DNA of 64,000 nt, taken from positions 13,826,001-13,890,000 of the forward strand of contig OZ241834.1 in NCBI GenBank assembly GCA_965202585.1. Reading direction: 5' to 3'. This DNA is from Thalia democratica. Lineage: Eukaryota. The translations under genes were made by a program, and so were the position numbers. Shown here piece by piece: positions 25,613 through 35,153 of this stretch (positions within the stretch are counted from its first letter, which is position 1; every line of letters begins with the position of its first letter). The notes beneath the pieces were generated by a model. It was not told the origin of the DNA and made no database searches. It worked only from the letters and a program-made list of their open reading frames with translations.

Positions 25613-26357
25613 ATTTGTTTAGGTGTGGTCTCTCTGGTTTCTTATAAGAATAAATGTTTCTTGAAGTGAAGTAGTATATATATGAGTAGAGGATCGAGAG
25701 AGTTGAAGTAAATAAGATTTTTACAACCCAAGACGTAGGATTTGATGACAGATCTTAGAAATGTTCTCATAGCATTTTGGGAGTGCTAAAAGTCTGAGAT
25801 CCAAAAAAACAAGTCATATCTGATGATGACAGACTTGGAAATGTTCCCATAGTATTATTGGGAGTATACTTCAGCTTAAGATTAGATAACTATGTTGACA
25901 GATATCGACAATTTAAGCCATTCAACAAGTGGGTTAATTTTAAAGGTATGAACGAAATCATCAATTTGTTAAATATTAGGAAATCATCGTAGTTATGTAT
26001 AGACTATGTGTAATGTAAAGTCAATTACCGTAAACCAGAACATGGTCAATGATACAATTATGGTTCAATAAAATTAAATTAAGTTGTAAATTGACTTAAT
26101 AGCAGATGTCAATGTTGCATGAGAAGAAAATGAAAGAAATTATTAGCTGTTCGGTGTTGACTTTAAAAGATCAAGAAAAACTAGCTATTCGAAAGAAATT
26201 TTCATGATTTATACAATACTACAATAAAATTAATCAACATTTAAACCAAGACATGGTCAATTGGTCTAACATGGTTCAATTAACATTGAAACCAAGTTGT
26301 TAATTAACTTTTTGGTGAGCAAGGCTATGTACAGACTCGGAACACATACCAGCGCTG

Positions 26358-26750
26358 TTAAATGGCATTGTCTTCTATCACGTCAGGGGAATTCCCTGAC
26401 GTAAGGCTTGCTGCACCGTCGTTACCCAGTGTTTGGGTTGAACATTTATGTTTTACTTGGACACGTTCGACTTTTTCGCGGCTCACGTCGTCCATGTCCA
26501 GAACAAAATTAATTTGGTTTCCCAGAGAATTGTTCATTACTCTGAGAACCGAAAGTTTTGTTCTTTCCTCAGCAGTTAGAGGGGTTAGATGCAAAGCCTG
26601 AAAGGCTGCTTGCCACCCTCTGATGGCGTCTGACAGCCATGCAATGGCGTCGGACAGCATCACTGCCCGGTTGACGGGTTCTCCTTCGCCATTAGGCGAA
26701 CCGGAGTCACCGCTCAATCTGGATTGAGGTGAGGTAGTTGCTTCCACCAT
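26358..26750 (-). CDS. ORF3, orphan accessory protein of about 130 aa (MVEATTSP...)
   Basis: Open and GC-richer than its flanks; AAAAATGG start context. The ORF-track start at 26789 is a TTG inside a repeat. Confidence 0.65.
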   Translation of the reverse strand: MVEATTSPQSRLSGDSGSPNGEGEPVNRAVMLSDAIAWLSDAIRGWQAAFQALHLTPLTAEERTKLSVLRVMNNSLGNQINFVLDMDDVSREKVERVQVKHKCSTQTLGNDGAASLTSGNSPDVIEDNAI

Positions 26751-26754
26751 TTTT

Positions 26755-27112
26755 TTTAAAAAAACAAACAAGAGTCTACAATGTCTCAACTTTGAGAATG
26801 AATTCTAAAGAAAGTTAACGAAAAGTTAAGGATATTTTGAACAAACTTAAAAATGTAGACTTATACCAGAATTTTTTTAAAAAAAACAAACAAGAGTCTA
26901 CAATGTCTCAAATTTGAGAATGAATTCTAAAGAAAGTTAACGAAAAGTTAAGGATATTTTGAACAAACTTAAAAATGTAGACTTATACCAGAATTTTTTA
27001 AAAAAAAAACAAACAAGAGTCTACAATGTCTCAAATTTGAGAATGAATTCTAAAGAAAGTTAACGAAAAGTTAAGGATATTTTGAACAAACTTAAAAATG
27101 TAGACTTATACC
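26755..27112. repeat. Three tandem copies of an approximately 122-bp unit directly upstream of ORF3
   Basis: CAAACAAGAGTCTACAATGTCTCAA at 26765, 26887 and 27010. Confidence 0.95.
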
Positions 27113-28774
27113 AAAATCAACGTGCTACCGCTATCACTGCTATTACTGAATGGATTTTAAAAAGTGAAATGCATTCATCGCTTGCGAAAGAAAAAAAAAA
27201 ATTTACAAGTGAGTGCACAAGAGAATAACGACTAAATGAACTCCCATTGCGTCTTGTTTTCAAGCAGTATCAACAACTTGGCGCTTTGAGCAATAAAGAT
27301 GAATCAAAAAAATTTACTCGAAAGAAATTAAAGGGCCAAAAGTTGAACTTAGTAAAAACTTTTGAAGAAACCTAAACCACTAATTTAATTATCGAAAAAG
27401 AAAACTAGTAAGTTTGGTAGTCACTAAACTTTTGACCTGTTTTGTAAACATGAAGAAGGTCAGTGAAACTTGATGCTTCTCGTTGAGTTATTAGTTTATG
27501 CTAAGGTTCAATAGTTTGTAGTTAATTTCATTTGTACTTAAATTTCTTTGCATAATTATGCGATCCACCTTACATAGTTACAGTTAGATGCACTTTTAAC
27601 GTTGTACGCCATTCAATTAATGTTTAGTTGTTATTCATTACTAGAACTTTTAAGCACTGGTTTGTTTATGAACATCGACAACTATTATTTACTATTTGCT
27701 AAACTCGTTATCGTTAGCAACGTGTTCGGTAATTAACTAATGATGATTAGTTTCGAAGCTTTCACTAATGTGATTCTAATGTTTTATTTTACTAGTCTGT
27801 AACTTCATTTCAATCGTTAAAGTTATTTTTGGTTGTTTCGATGTTTTCGCAACAAACAAAAAAAAATTGAAATAATGAAACGAACTTTACGACTTCCCAC
27901 GAGTTTAAGCATCCATTACTAGACTTCAGCGTTTCAAAATAACTGCAGCTGTATTTTACGTTTTTTAATGGCGTTGAAAAGTTATATTTTTTTATCAATT
28001 ATTCTGGTTTAAAAGTTTGGAATGTTTCAACTTTTTACTCCCTTTAAAATATTTTATAGTTGTGGTTGCAAAAGAAATTTACAAACACTGAATTTTTCGA
28101 AGTAAAAACGGAAAGTTTCGATTCAAGTTTATAAGTGGCAATAATTTACAACGCAATGTTTCGTTTGAATTTCGATAACATTTTCACACAGAAGCATTTC
28201 AAAAACAACGTTCGAGTTTTTAGTTTGTAATTCAGTAGTTGTTATTGTAATGCATTTGCTGCGAAATGAAATTTGTTTTAAGTAACGTAACTAAATCTAG
28301 TAGTTAAACAAATTTCGTTTTGTCGTTTTTACGGTTTAACCGAAATCGGCTAAAACTCGAAACTGTTTTATATTACTTAAGAAAACATTTGAGTTTTAAA
28401 TAACCGTGTTTGCCATTGAAAGATGTCAAAAGACGTAAAAATGTTTGCAAATGAAAAGAAAAAACTTGTGCCTTCGTTTTCATATGCCCGTTAGCTTCGA
28501 TTTGGTAAAGTTATACAATATGCAACTTCAGTTCGGTTAGAAGTATCATATATTATAACGAAGAATCGTAATCGTAGATGTCAGAGAATTTAACGTTTTA
28601 TGCCACGTAAATTTTGACTAAAATATGGTTTTAATAATGGAAAAAATTTTTGCAAATTTTTAACTATAGAAATCGTTGAAATTAAGGTTTTTCTCGAAGT
28701 TTTTTTAGAGAATCAGTCGCATAATGAAAAGTTGTTGATTTAATGCGACGGTTATTCGTTTCTTCAATTATAAG

Positions 28775-31700
28775 TTACTCAGAGTCACTTCCCGAGCTTT
28801 CTTCATTGTACTTTTGAGCTATATTCCGTTCTCGTAAGTAATAGCGGTTAGTTCGTCCCTGTTTTTCCCCGTTTGCATTCAAATCTTCTCGAGGGTAGTA
28901 TGACTTTACCAATTTTATGGGAACTTTAACCACACGACTGTTTTTTTGTATAATCATTGAGCAATCACTTGCTGCTAGAACTGGATAAGGGCCGCTATAT
29001 AATGGGCTGAGGTGTGTTTTTGTGGGATTTTTTAGCCAAATCTTCTCACACTGAAATAAATCAGGTTCGTAATATATAGATTTGTTGTAGTGTTTCTTAT
29101 GGTTTCGGGAAATTCCCGACATGGAAAACAAAAAGCGTAGGGTATCAAAAACACCGGGTTCCGTTTTCTCATTTCCTACTTTGTTAAACAGTACGCGGCC
29201 GCTAAGGTTCGTGCAGACACCTAACGCGTACTGTGACGGTGTAAACGGAGAGCCTTCCAAAAATGCGTTGTTAATTTCAGCAGTGATTAATGGAAGATGT
29301 AAACTCCAGTTCGTTTCATCGGTTAAAGCACGGAGAGCCACATTGATTGTTCGATGCTGCCTCTCGATGAAACCATTTGAAGAAGGGCTATATACTGGTA
29401 CAAAGTGATGATCGATACCTAATTGTTCAAAAGCGGTTGCAACAACGGAATTTTTAAATTCTTTTCCGTTGTCTGTGACAACAACCTGTGGAACGCCAAA
29501 CACTCCGCACCAGGCTTGTATGAATGCGTTTCTAACGGTTTCAGCTTTCTTGTTTTTAATTGGTGCAGTCACCAAGAAACCGGTACCCCGGTCTTTGGCG
29601 GTCAATATATAGCGGTTCTCTTCTGATGCTGTTCTCAAAGGGCCCACCAGATCCATGTGAACGTATTGGAAACGTTCATTTTTATCCGGAAAGAACCCTA
29701 TCCTGGGTCGATTGTACCTGGTTACTTTCGTAGCCTGGCAATCGACGCAGGTTTTGCACCAGTACTCAACGTCTTTGGCTAACGTTGGCCACCAATAATC
29801 TTTAGAGGTAGCTAATACGGATTTTTCTTTACCTAGATGTATATATCCGTGAGCTATCTCAAACGCTGTGAGGCGTAGTAGAGTGGGCAGTATGATTTTG
29901 GCGTTTCCTTCTTCTCGAATGATCGCAATGCCCTCAGGGTCTTCATATTCAACCGTTTTCTCTAGCTTTATTGCTTGGTCGATAAGATCCCGTTCTTCTT
30001 TTTGTAGTCTTGCTATTTCTGTTCTATTTAAAGATTTAGCAGTTATCAATTGCTCTTCTTCTTCTGAAACATCATCTTCAGACTCTGAGTCTTCAGACTC
30101 CGACGAAGAGCTACAGATGTAGTCTGGGTCGTCATAGTATGATCTAGCGTATAGTACTTTTGGGGGTGGTGGCCGGCTCATATAGTCGGCTCCTTGATTG
30201 TCTTTGCCACTAATGTGTATGACAGTGGGGTTGTACTCCTTTATGGCAACTATATAACGTTGCTCTGTAGGGGATTGGTTCCCTAAAGGATTATTAACAG
30301 CTTTCTCCACAGCCTGACTATCCGTCCTGATAATAAGATCCCTACCTATTATCCGACTCTGAAAGTGTCTGATGCTTACGTACAGTGCTCGTAACTCTTT
30401 ATAAAAAGTTGAGCGGACGCGTTTGAGGGGCGATAAGCTCTTGGAAAAAAATGCTAGAGGTCGCCGCTCTCCGTCATTCCCTTCCTGCTCGAGCACAGCG
30501 CCGATATGTGTATCGCTTGCGTCGCAGTAGATAATCAGTGGTTTGCCATGGTGTTCAAATGCTAGAGTGGCGGCGTTTGCTAACGCGTCGATTGTTTTAT
30601 GATAAGCCAATATTTGTGCGTCATTCAGTTTTAGAGGTCTCCTATTGGTAGATTTCGGGCCCCCTGAAACTTCATTTAGAAGTTTAGTCGTTTCAGCTAA
30701 CTTTGGGATGTGGTCAAAATAATAGTTGACCATACCGAGGAACCTTTTAAGTTCCTTTCTATTCCCCGGCATGGGCAACTCTTTGACTGCCCTGACTTTC
30801 TCTTCTAAGATGTCAATACCATCTACGCCTACCGAATGGCCTAGAAAAGTAACTTTAGATTTGGCAAAAACGCACTTTTTTCTATTCAGATAAAGGCCGT
30901 GTTTGCTCAAGGTCTGGAAAACTTTTTCAACGTGTTCTAGATGTTCGTCTTCAGATGAGCTGAATACCAGAATGTCGTCCAGATATACGAAAATAAATTG
31001 TGCACAGGGTGATAAGATGCATTCCATCATCTGCTGGAATCTCATGGGGGCATTCTTCAAACCAAATGTGGTTCGATTAGGAACGAATACCCCATGATGA
31101 GCAACGATGGCTGCATAATCACGCGAGTTTGGGTGTATGGGCAGGCTATAGTACGCCTCCTTTAAGTCTAGATTGCTAAAGAATTTTGTTCCTCCTGGTA
31201 CGATCTCAGGGAGGTCGTCGATCCTAGGCAGAGGATATGACAAAGGTCGAGTGTGAGAATTAAGGAACGAGTAATCCACACAGACCCTCATCGAGCCATC
31301 CTTTTTTGGCACAATGGTAATTGGAGAGGCACACATGTCAGCTATACCACGTGACATTGCACCTCTTTGTACGAGATCAGCAAAGTTCTCAACTACAGCA
31401 GTCCTCTTGGCGCCGTTGCATTTACGGGCTTTGACTAGTCTTGGTTGAAAGTCATCTACGATTATATCGAGAACATGGTTATGTTTAACCGGTTTAGTGT
31501 AATCGGGGCACTCAGTTAATTCAGGGTATCTATCTAGCATCTGTGTGCATTGATCTTCTAGACTTTTTGTCTCATTGTGGTTATTTTCATCTTGGATGAC
31601 GTTAAACGTTGAAGCCGGCAAGGTATCAGCCGTATACAAATCAACTGAGCGATTTGTAAGATTACTGATCAGTTTGGCCGTAAATGGTGAAATAACTAGT

Positions 31701-33490
31701 TGGTGCGGGCACAACAGGTCTAGACCTATGACACCGAAGTCTATTTTTTCCTGTGTTACTAAGAATGTGTGTTTTATTTCGTCAAAGTCCCCTAGTTTCA
31801 AGCAAACTTCTGTGCTGCCCACAGGATAGATTTGAGAGTTTCCGATTCCCGTAATGGCCCGAGTTTTGGGGCGGAAGTAATGATCTATGCCATTTGTCAA
31901 TGACTTGGGAATGAGAGAAATCTCGGCTCCCGTGTCAATAATAAAAATGACGCCCGAAGTGCTGTCCACAACATATAACAACTGTTGAGGCAGACTATTT
32001 TTGTTAATTTTCATGGGTTTTTTGATTCTGAAAATCCAGCTGTTCTCAGCTTGGGCTTTAATGTTTAAGGACGAGTTGGGTGGAGGTTTAGGTTCCAGTG
32101 GTTCGGGAAGACCTGTCTTCTCCCCTGTTCTTTTGGGAGGTTCCTCCACCTCTTCTAGGGATGTTTGGGGACTCGTCGAGCAGATTTGGATCTTATTGTC
32201 TTCACAATGGACATTTGAATGAAAAATCGATGTTTCTTCTTCAGAAACGTTATTAAAGGAAAACTCATTCGGAGTATCATTTTCCGAATGGTTCTTCGAG
32301 CAATTTGGCTCGGATTTGTCCTCATCATGGACATTTGAATGAAAAGTCAATGTTTTTTTACCAGAAACATTATGAAGGTGAAACTCATTCGGAGTATCAT
32401 TTTCCGAATGGTTCTTCGAGCAACTTGGCTCGGCTTTGTCCTCATCATGGACATTTGAATGAAAAATCAATGGTTCTTCCTCAGAAACATTATGAGGGGG
32501 AAGCTCATTCGGAGTATCATTTTCCGAATGGCTCTTCGAGCAATCTGGCTCGGATTTGTCCTTATCATGGACATTTGAATGAAAAATCAATGTTTCTTCC
32601 CTAGAAACATTATGAAGAGGAAACTCATTCGGAGTATCATTTTCCGAATGGTTCTTCAAGAAATCTGGCTCGGCTTTGTCCTCATCATGGACATTTGAAT
32701 GAAAAATCAATGTTTCTTCCCTAGAAACATTATGAAGAGGAAACTCATTCGGAGTATCATTTTCCGAATGGTTCTTCAAGAAATCTGGCTCGGCTTTGTC
32801 CTCATCATGGACATTTGAATGAAATATCAATGTTTCTTCCCTAGAAACATTATGAAGGTGAAACTCATTCGGAGTATCATTTTCCGAATGGCTCTTCGAG
32901 CAATCTGGCTCGGCTTTGTCCTCATCATGGACATTTGAATGAAAAATCAATGTTTCTTCCCTAGAAACATTATGAAGGTGAAACTCATTCGGAGTATCAT
33001 TTTCCGAATGGCTCTTCGAGCAATTTGGCTCGGCTTTGTCCTCATCATGGACATTTGAATGTAACGCTTTATTTATCGTAGCGTCATCATGTACGTTATA
33101 ATTTTTAACCTGACTGGTTTCTTGATAGTTCTTCGAGCAACCAGGAGTACTCATTTCTTTATGTACAACAGGAATTATGTTTGGCGTCTTATCGACGGTA
33201 ATCCCAATTTTGCGTTGATGATCGCCACTATCTACATCCTGTGAAGGAACGGAATTTTTGCTTTTTGTATAATGTTTGCGTTCCCTCTCTAGGTCTCTAT
33301 CAACGTGTGTTTCCGGGATATATACATTTGAATTAGGGGAATTTCCCTCTTGTGAAGTATGTACAGAATCAGATATGTCAGATCGGCCATAACCTATATT
33401 ACAGGCTTTTGGGGTATCTTCGGCGAATCTAACACGAGACTTTTTAACCCCACCCCCTGAGCCTCGCGTTACTGCGAGGGTGGGAGGGAG
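28775..33490 (-). CDS. pol: Pol (PR-RT-RNase H-IN), expressed as Gag-Pol by frameshift
   Basis: DTGA protease; LDLKEAY and YLDD RT motifs; DASD RNase H; HHCC zinc finger; D(MDLVG)-D(TDNG)-E(IERQH) integrase; GPY motif. No stops in the frame. Confidence 0.97.
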   Translation of the reverse strand, partial: LPPTLAVTRGSGGGVKKSRVRFAEDTPKACNIGYGRSDISDSVHTSQEGNSPNSNVYIPETHVDRDLERERKHYTKSKNSVPSQDVDSGDHQRKIGITVDKTPNIIPVVHKEMSTPGCSKNYQETSQVKNYNVHDDATINKALHSNVHDEDKAEPNCSKSHSENDTPNEFHLHNVSREETLIFHSNVHDEDKAEPDCSKSHSENDTPNEFHLHNVSREETLIFHSNVHDEDKAEPDFLKNHSENDTPNEFPLHNVSREETLIFHSNVHDEDKAEPDFLKNHSENDTPNEFPLHNVSREETLIFHSNVHDKDKSEPDCSKSHSENDTPNELPPHNVSEEEPLIFHSNVHDEDKAEPSCSKNHSENDTPNEFHLHNVSGKKTLTFHSNVHDEDKSEPNCSKNHSENDTPNEFSFNNVSEEETSIFHSNVHCEDNKIQICSTSPQTSLEEVEEPPKRTGEKTGLPEPLEPKPPPNSSLNIKAQAENSWIFRIKKPMKINKNSLPQQLLYVVDSTSGVIFIIDTGAEISLIPKSLTNGIDHYFRPKTRAITGIGNSQIYPVGSTEVCLKLGDFDEIKHTFLVTQEKIDFGVIGLDLLCPHQLVISPFTAKLISNLTNRSVDLYTADTLPASTFNVIQDENNHNETKSLEDQCTQMLDRYPELTECPDYTKPVKHNHVLDIIVDDFQPRLVKARKCNGAKRTAVVENFADLVQRGAMSRGIADMCASPITIVPKKDGSMRVCVDYSFLNSHTRPLSYPLPRIDDLPEIVPGGTKFFSNLDLKEAYYSLPIHPNSRDYAAIVAHHGVFVPNRTTFGLKNAPMRFQQMMECILSPCAQFIFVYLDDILVFSSSEDEHLEHVEKVFQTLSKHGLYLNRKKCVFAKSKVTFLGHSVGVDGIDILEEKVRAVKELPMPGNRKELKRFLGMVNYYFDHIPKLAETTKLLNEVSGGPKSTNRRPLKLNDAQILAYHKTIDALANAATLAFEHHGKPLIIYCDASDTHIGAVLEQEGNDGERRPLAFFSKSLSPLKRVRSTFYKELRALYVSIRHFQSRIIGRDLIIRTDSQAVEKAVNNPLGNQSPTEQRYIVAIKEYNPTVIHISGKDNQGADYMSRPPPPKVLYARSYYDDPDYICSSSSESEDSESEDDVSEEEEQLITAKSLNRTEIARLQKEERDLIDQAIKLEKTVEYEDPEGIAIIREEGNAKIILPTLLRLTAFEIAHGYIHLGKEKSVLATSKDYWWPTLAKDVEYWCKTCVDCQATKVTRYNRPRIGFFPDKNERFQYVHMDLVGPLRTASEENRYILTAKDRGTGFLVTAPIKNKKAETVRNAFIQAWCGVFGVPQVVVTDNGKEFKNSVVATAFEQLGIDHHFVPVYSPSSNGFIERQHRTINVALRALTDETNWSLHLPLITAEINNAFLEGSPFTPSQYALGVCTNLSGRVLFNKVGNEKTEPGVFDTLRFLFSMSGISRNHKKHYNKSIYYEPDLFQCEKIWLKNPTKTHLSPLYSGPYPVLAASDCSMIIQKNSRVVKVPIKLVKSYYPREDLNANGEKQGRTNRYYLRERNIAQKYNEESSGSDSE
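32200..33061 (-). repeat. In-frame tandem repeat, 7 full units of 120 bp plus a partial unit
   Basis: CATGGACATTTGAAT recurs every 120 bp; unit peptide HSNVHDEDKAEPDCSKSHSENDTPNEFHLHNVSREETLIF. Confidence 0.97.
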
Positions 33491-33496
33491 TTTCCC
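33449..33496 (-). promoter_or_regulatory. -1 programmed ribosomal frameshift signal
   Basis: G GGA AAC heptamer in the gag frame (33496-33490), 5-nt spacer, CCCACCC/GGGTGGG stem with inner TCGC/GCGA hairpin. The -1 frame is open from here to the pol ORF (translated by hand). Confidence 0.88.
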
Positions 33497-35088
33497 TGTC
33501 GTGGGTAATTGTTTACACTATTCGGCCTGGAAGGAGGCTCATTTGAATGAGTGACATCACGATGGTCATTGTAATCGTCATTGGAGTTCCTTCTGTTGTT
33601 ATAATTACGTTCGTTACCGGAGTCGTTGTTGTAATTCCGGTCTCTGCCATTGGCGTTACGGCCATAGTTACTATTGTTGCCGTAATTCTGGTTTCGAGCG
33701 TTGTAATTTCGTCTGTTATTGTTATTTCCGTGGTACCGGTTTCGGTTATTGGAGTTTTGGGTGTAGTTCCCATTGTTACCATGATCTTGGTTTCGATTGT
33801 CGAAACTCTGATCGTAGTTACCATCATCTATGTAATTTTGGTCAGGGAAATTATCTCTGCCGTTGTTCCGACGCTTACTAAACCGTTGGTTTTGGTTTCT
33901 TCTTGACCTATCATAATTTACTTGTTGATTCCGTGCGTAGTAGTCGTCATCCTGGCGAGACCAGATGGATTGTACACGACGTTTGAATTGTGACAGGTCC
34001 TCTAAGAAGTACTCTTCAATCCTGCTTTTTAGAGAGACGGGTGCATGATAGTATAGGAAAAATTTTACACGATCATCTTCTTTAGCATATGCCCATTCAG
34101 TAGCCTCGGTTAGGTAAACACTGAAAGGTGTTTTGCTCGTGTGAACTGGAGGTTTGCTGAGAATGGGTGTCAGTAAATTATCACGTTTCTCGCAAAACTC
34201 CTTGAACGTCTGAAAATTACGATCTTCAGGGTTGGTCAAGCCGTAGTATTGAGATACTTCGTCGGGAACCCATTTTCCGACTATGATATTATATTTAGTT
34301 CTATCGTTTGTGACGTTCAACCGTTCAAACTCTCCTATGAAATAATTCAGAGTTTGACGAGGGTTAGTAATTTTACTAAACCGATGGAACTTACGTTCGA
34401 GATCGTTATCGCTAACATTTATATACGAATTATCGTTAAAATTGTTGTAGACCGGTTCACGGTAGTCGCAAAATTTAGACTGTCCCGGGTACCGACTGTC
34501 TCTAGTGTTGATGTTTTCGGGGGCAGGCATCACTTGCATACGCCGCTCATCCCTAACCGGCTCATTTTTAATAATCATTGTTTCATTTTGATGTATGAGT
34601 TGGTTGGTGGGAGGTGCTTGTTGCACATGACGTTCTTCCTCGGTGTTGGAATTTCTGAAAGTCGGTAGATAATTTGGCCCTCTATTACATCGCGTATTCG
34701 CCATTTTATCAAAATCATAATTATTCATTTTTCTGACAGAGGGTCTGTACTCTTGCGAGCATTGGCCCTCCCTCATGTTCAAAGCGTCAAACGCTGGTGA
34801 AGCGTAATTATTTTGACAACTGTTGTATCGTGCGTCAGCCATGTTTGTTCTTTCCCTTTCTTGTGTAACTTTGGCTAACGCTGTCCGACAATCGCTCAAA
34901 AGAGCTTTGAGCTCTTCGTTTTGTTGTTTCAAATTGAACTCGTCAGCATTATCCGGCGCTAAATAGTGATCGGCCTGGTTGTGGCCGGGTGCTGGATACA
35001 TAGATCCACAATCACTTCCCATTGGCATGGATGGTAACCCGCCTTCTGGGAAACAGGTTTTGCGCATCTCTCGCTTCTTTTCTGTCAT
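33469..35088 (-). CDS. gag: Gag (539 aa from internal ATG; probably about 657 aa from an ATG in the LTR)
   Basis: First ORF after the PBS and overlaps pol in the -1 frame; capsid-like middle; Asn/Arg-rich C-terminus; no CCHC knuckle. Confidence 0.85.
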   Translation of the reverse strand: MTEKKREMRKTCFPEGGLPSMPMGSDCGSMYPAPGHNQADHYLAPDNADEFNLKQQNEELKALLSDCRTALAKVTQERERTNMADARYNSCQNNYASPAFDALNMREGQCSQEYRPSVRKMNNYDFDKMANTRCNRGPNYLPTFRNSNTEEERHVQQAPPTNQLIHQNETMIIKNEPVRDERRMQVMPAPENINTRDSRYPGQSKFCDYREPVYNNFNDNSYINVSDNDLERKFHRFSKITNPRQTLNYFIGEFERLNVTNDRTKYNIIVGKWVPDEVSQYYGLTNPEDRNFQTFKEFCEKRDNLLTPILSKPPVHTSKTPFSVYLTEATEWAYAKEDDRVKFFLYYHAPVSLKSRIEEYFLEDLSQFKRRVQSIWSRQDDDYYARNQQVNYDRSRRNQNQRFSKRRNNGRDNFPDQNYIDDGNYDQSFDNRNQDHGNNGNYTQNSNNRNRYHGNNNNRRNYNARNQNYGNNSNYGRNANGRDRNYNNDSGNERNYNNRRNSNDDYNDHRDVTHSNEPPSRPNSVNNYPRQGNSLPPSQ

Positions 35089-35128
35089 CGTCTTCGTTAT
35101 ATATTCATTTGTGTTTTGAAAGGTTGGA

Positions 35129-35152
35129 GTAGTCGGGCGGTTAAGGACGCCA
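35129..35152 (-). promoter_or_regulatory. Primer binding site
   Basis: TGGCGTCCTTAACCGCCCGACTAC starts 1 nt after the 5' LTR; TGG is complementary to the tRNA CCA end. Confidence 0.85.
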
Positions 35153-35153
35153 C

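Noticed and set aside
32200-33061. 120-bp periodic array as CRISPR-like
   Set aside because: The whole unit repeats with no unique spacers, and it is in-frame coding inside pol.
29121-34668. Several plus-strand ORFs over pol and gag
   Set aside because: Antisense to strongly supported genes, non-ATG starts, no recognisable motifs.
35129-35152. tRNA gene or SINE
   Set aside because: Only 24 nt of discontinuous tRNA-like sequence, no cloverleaf; its position identifies it as the PBS.
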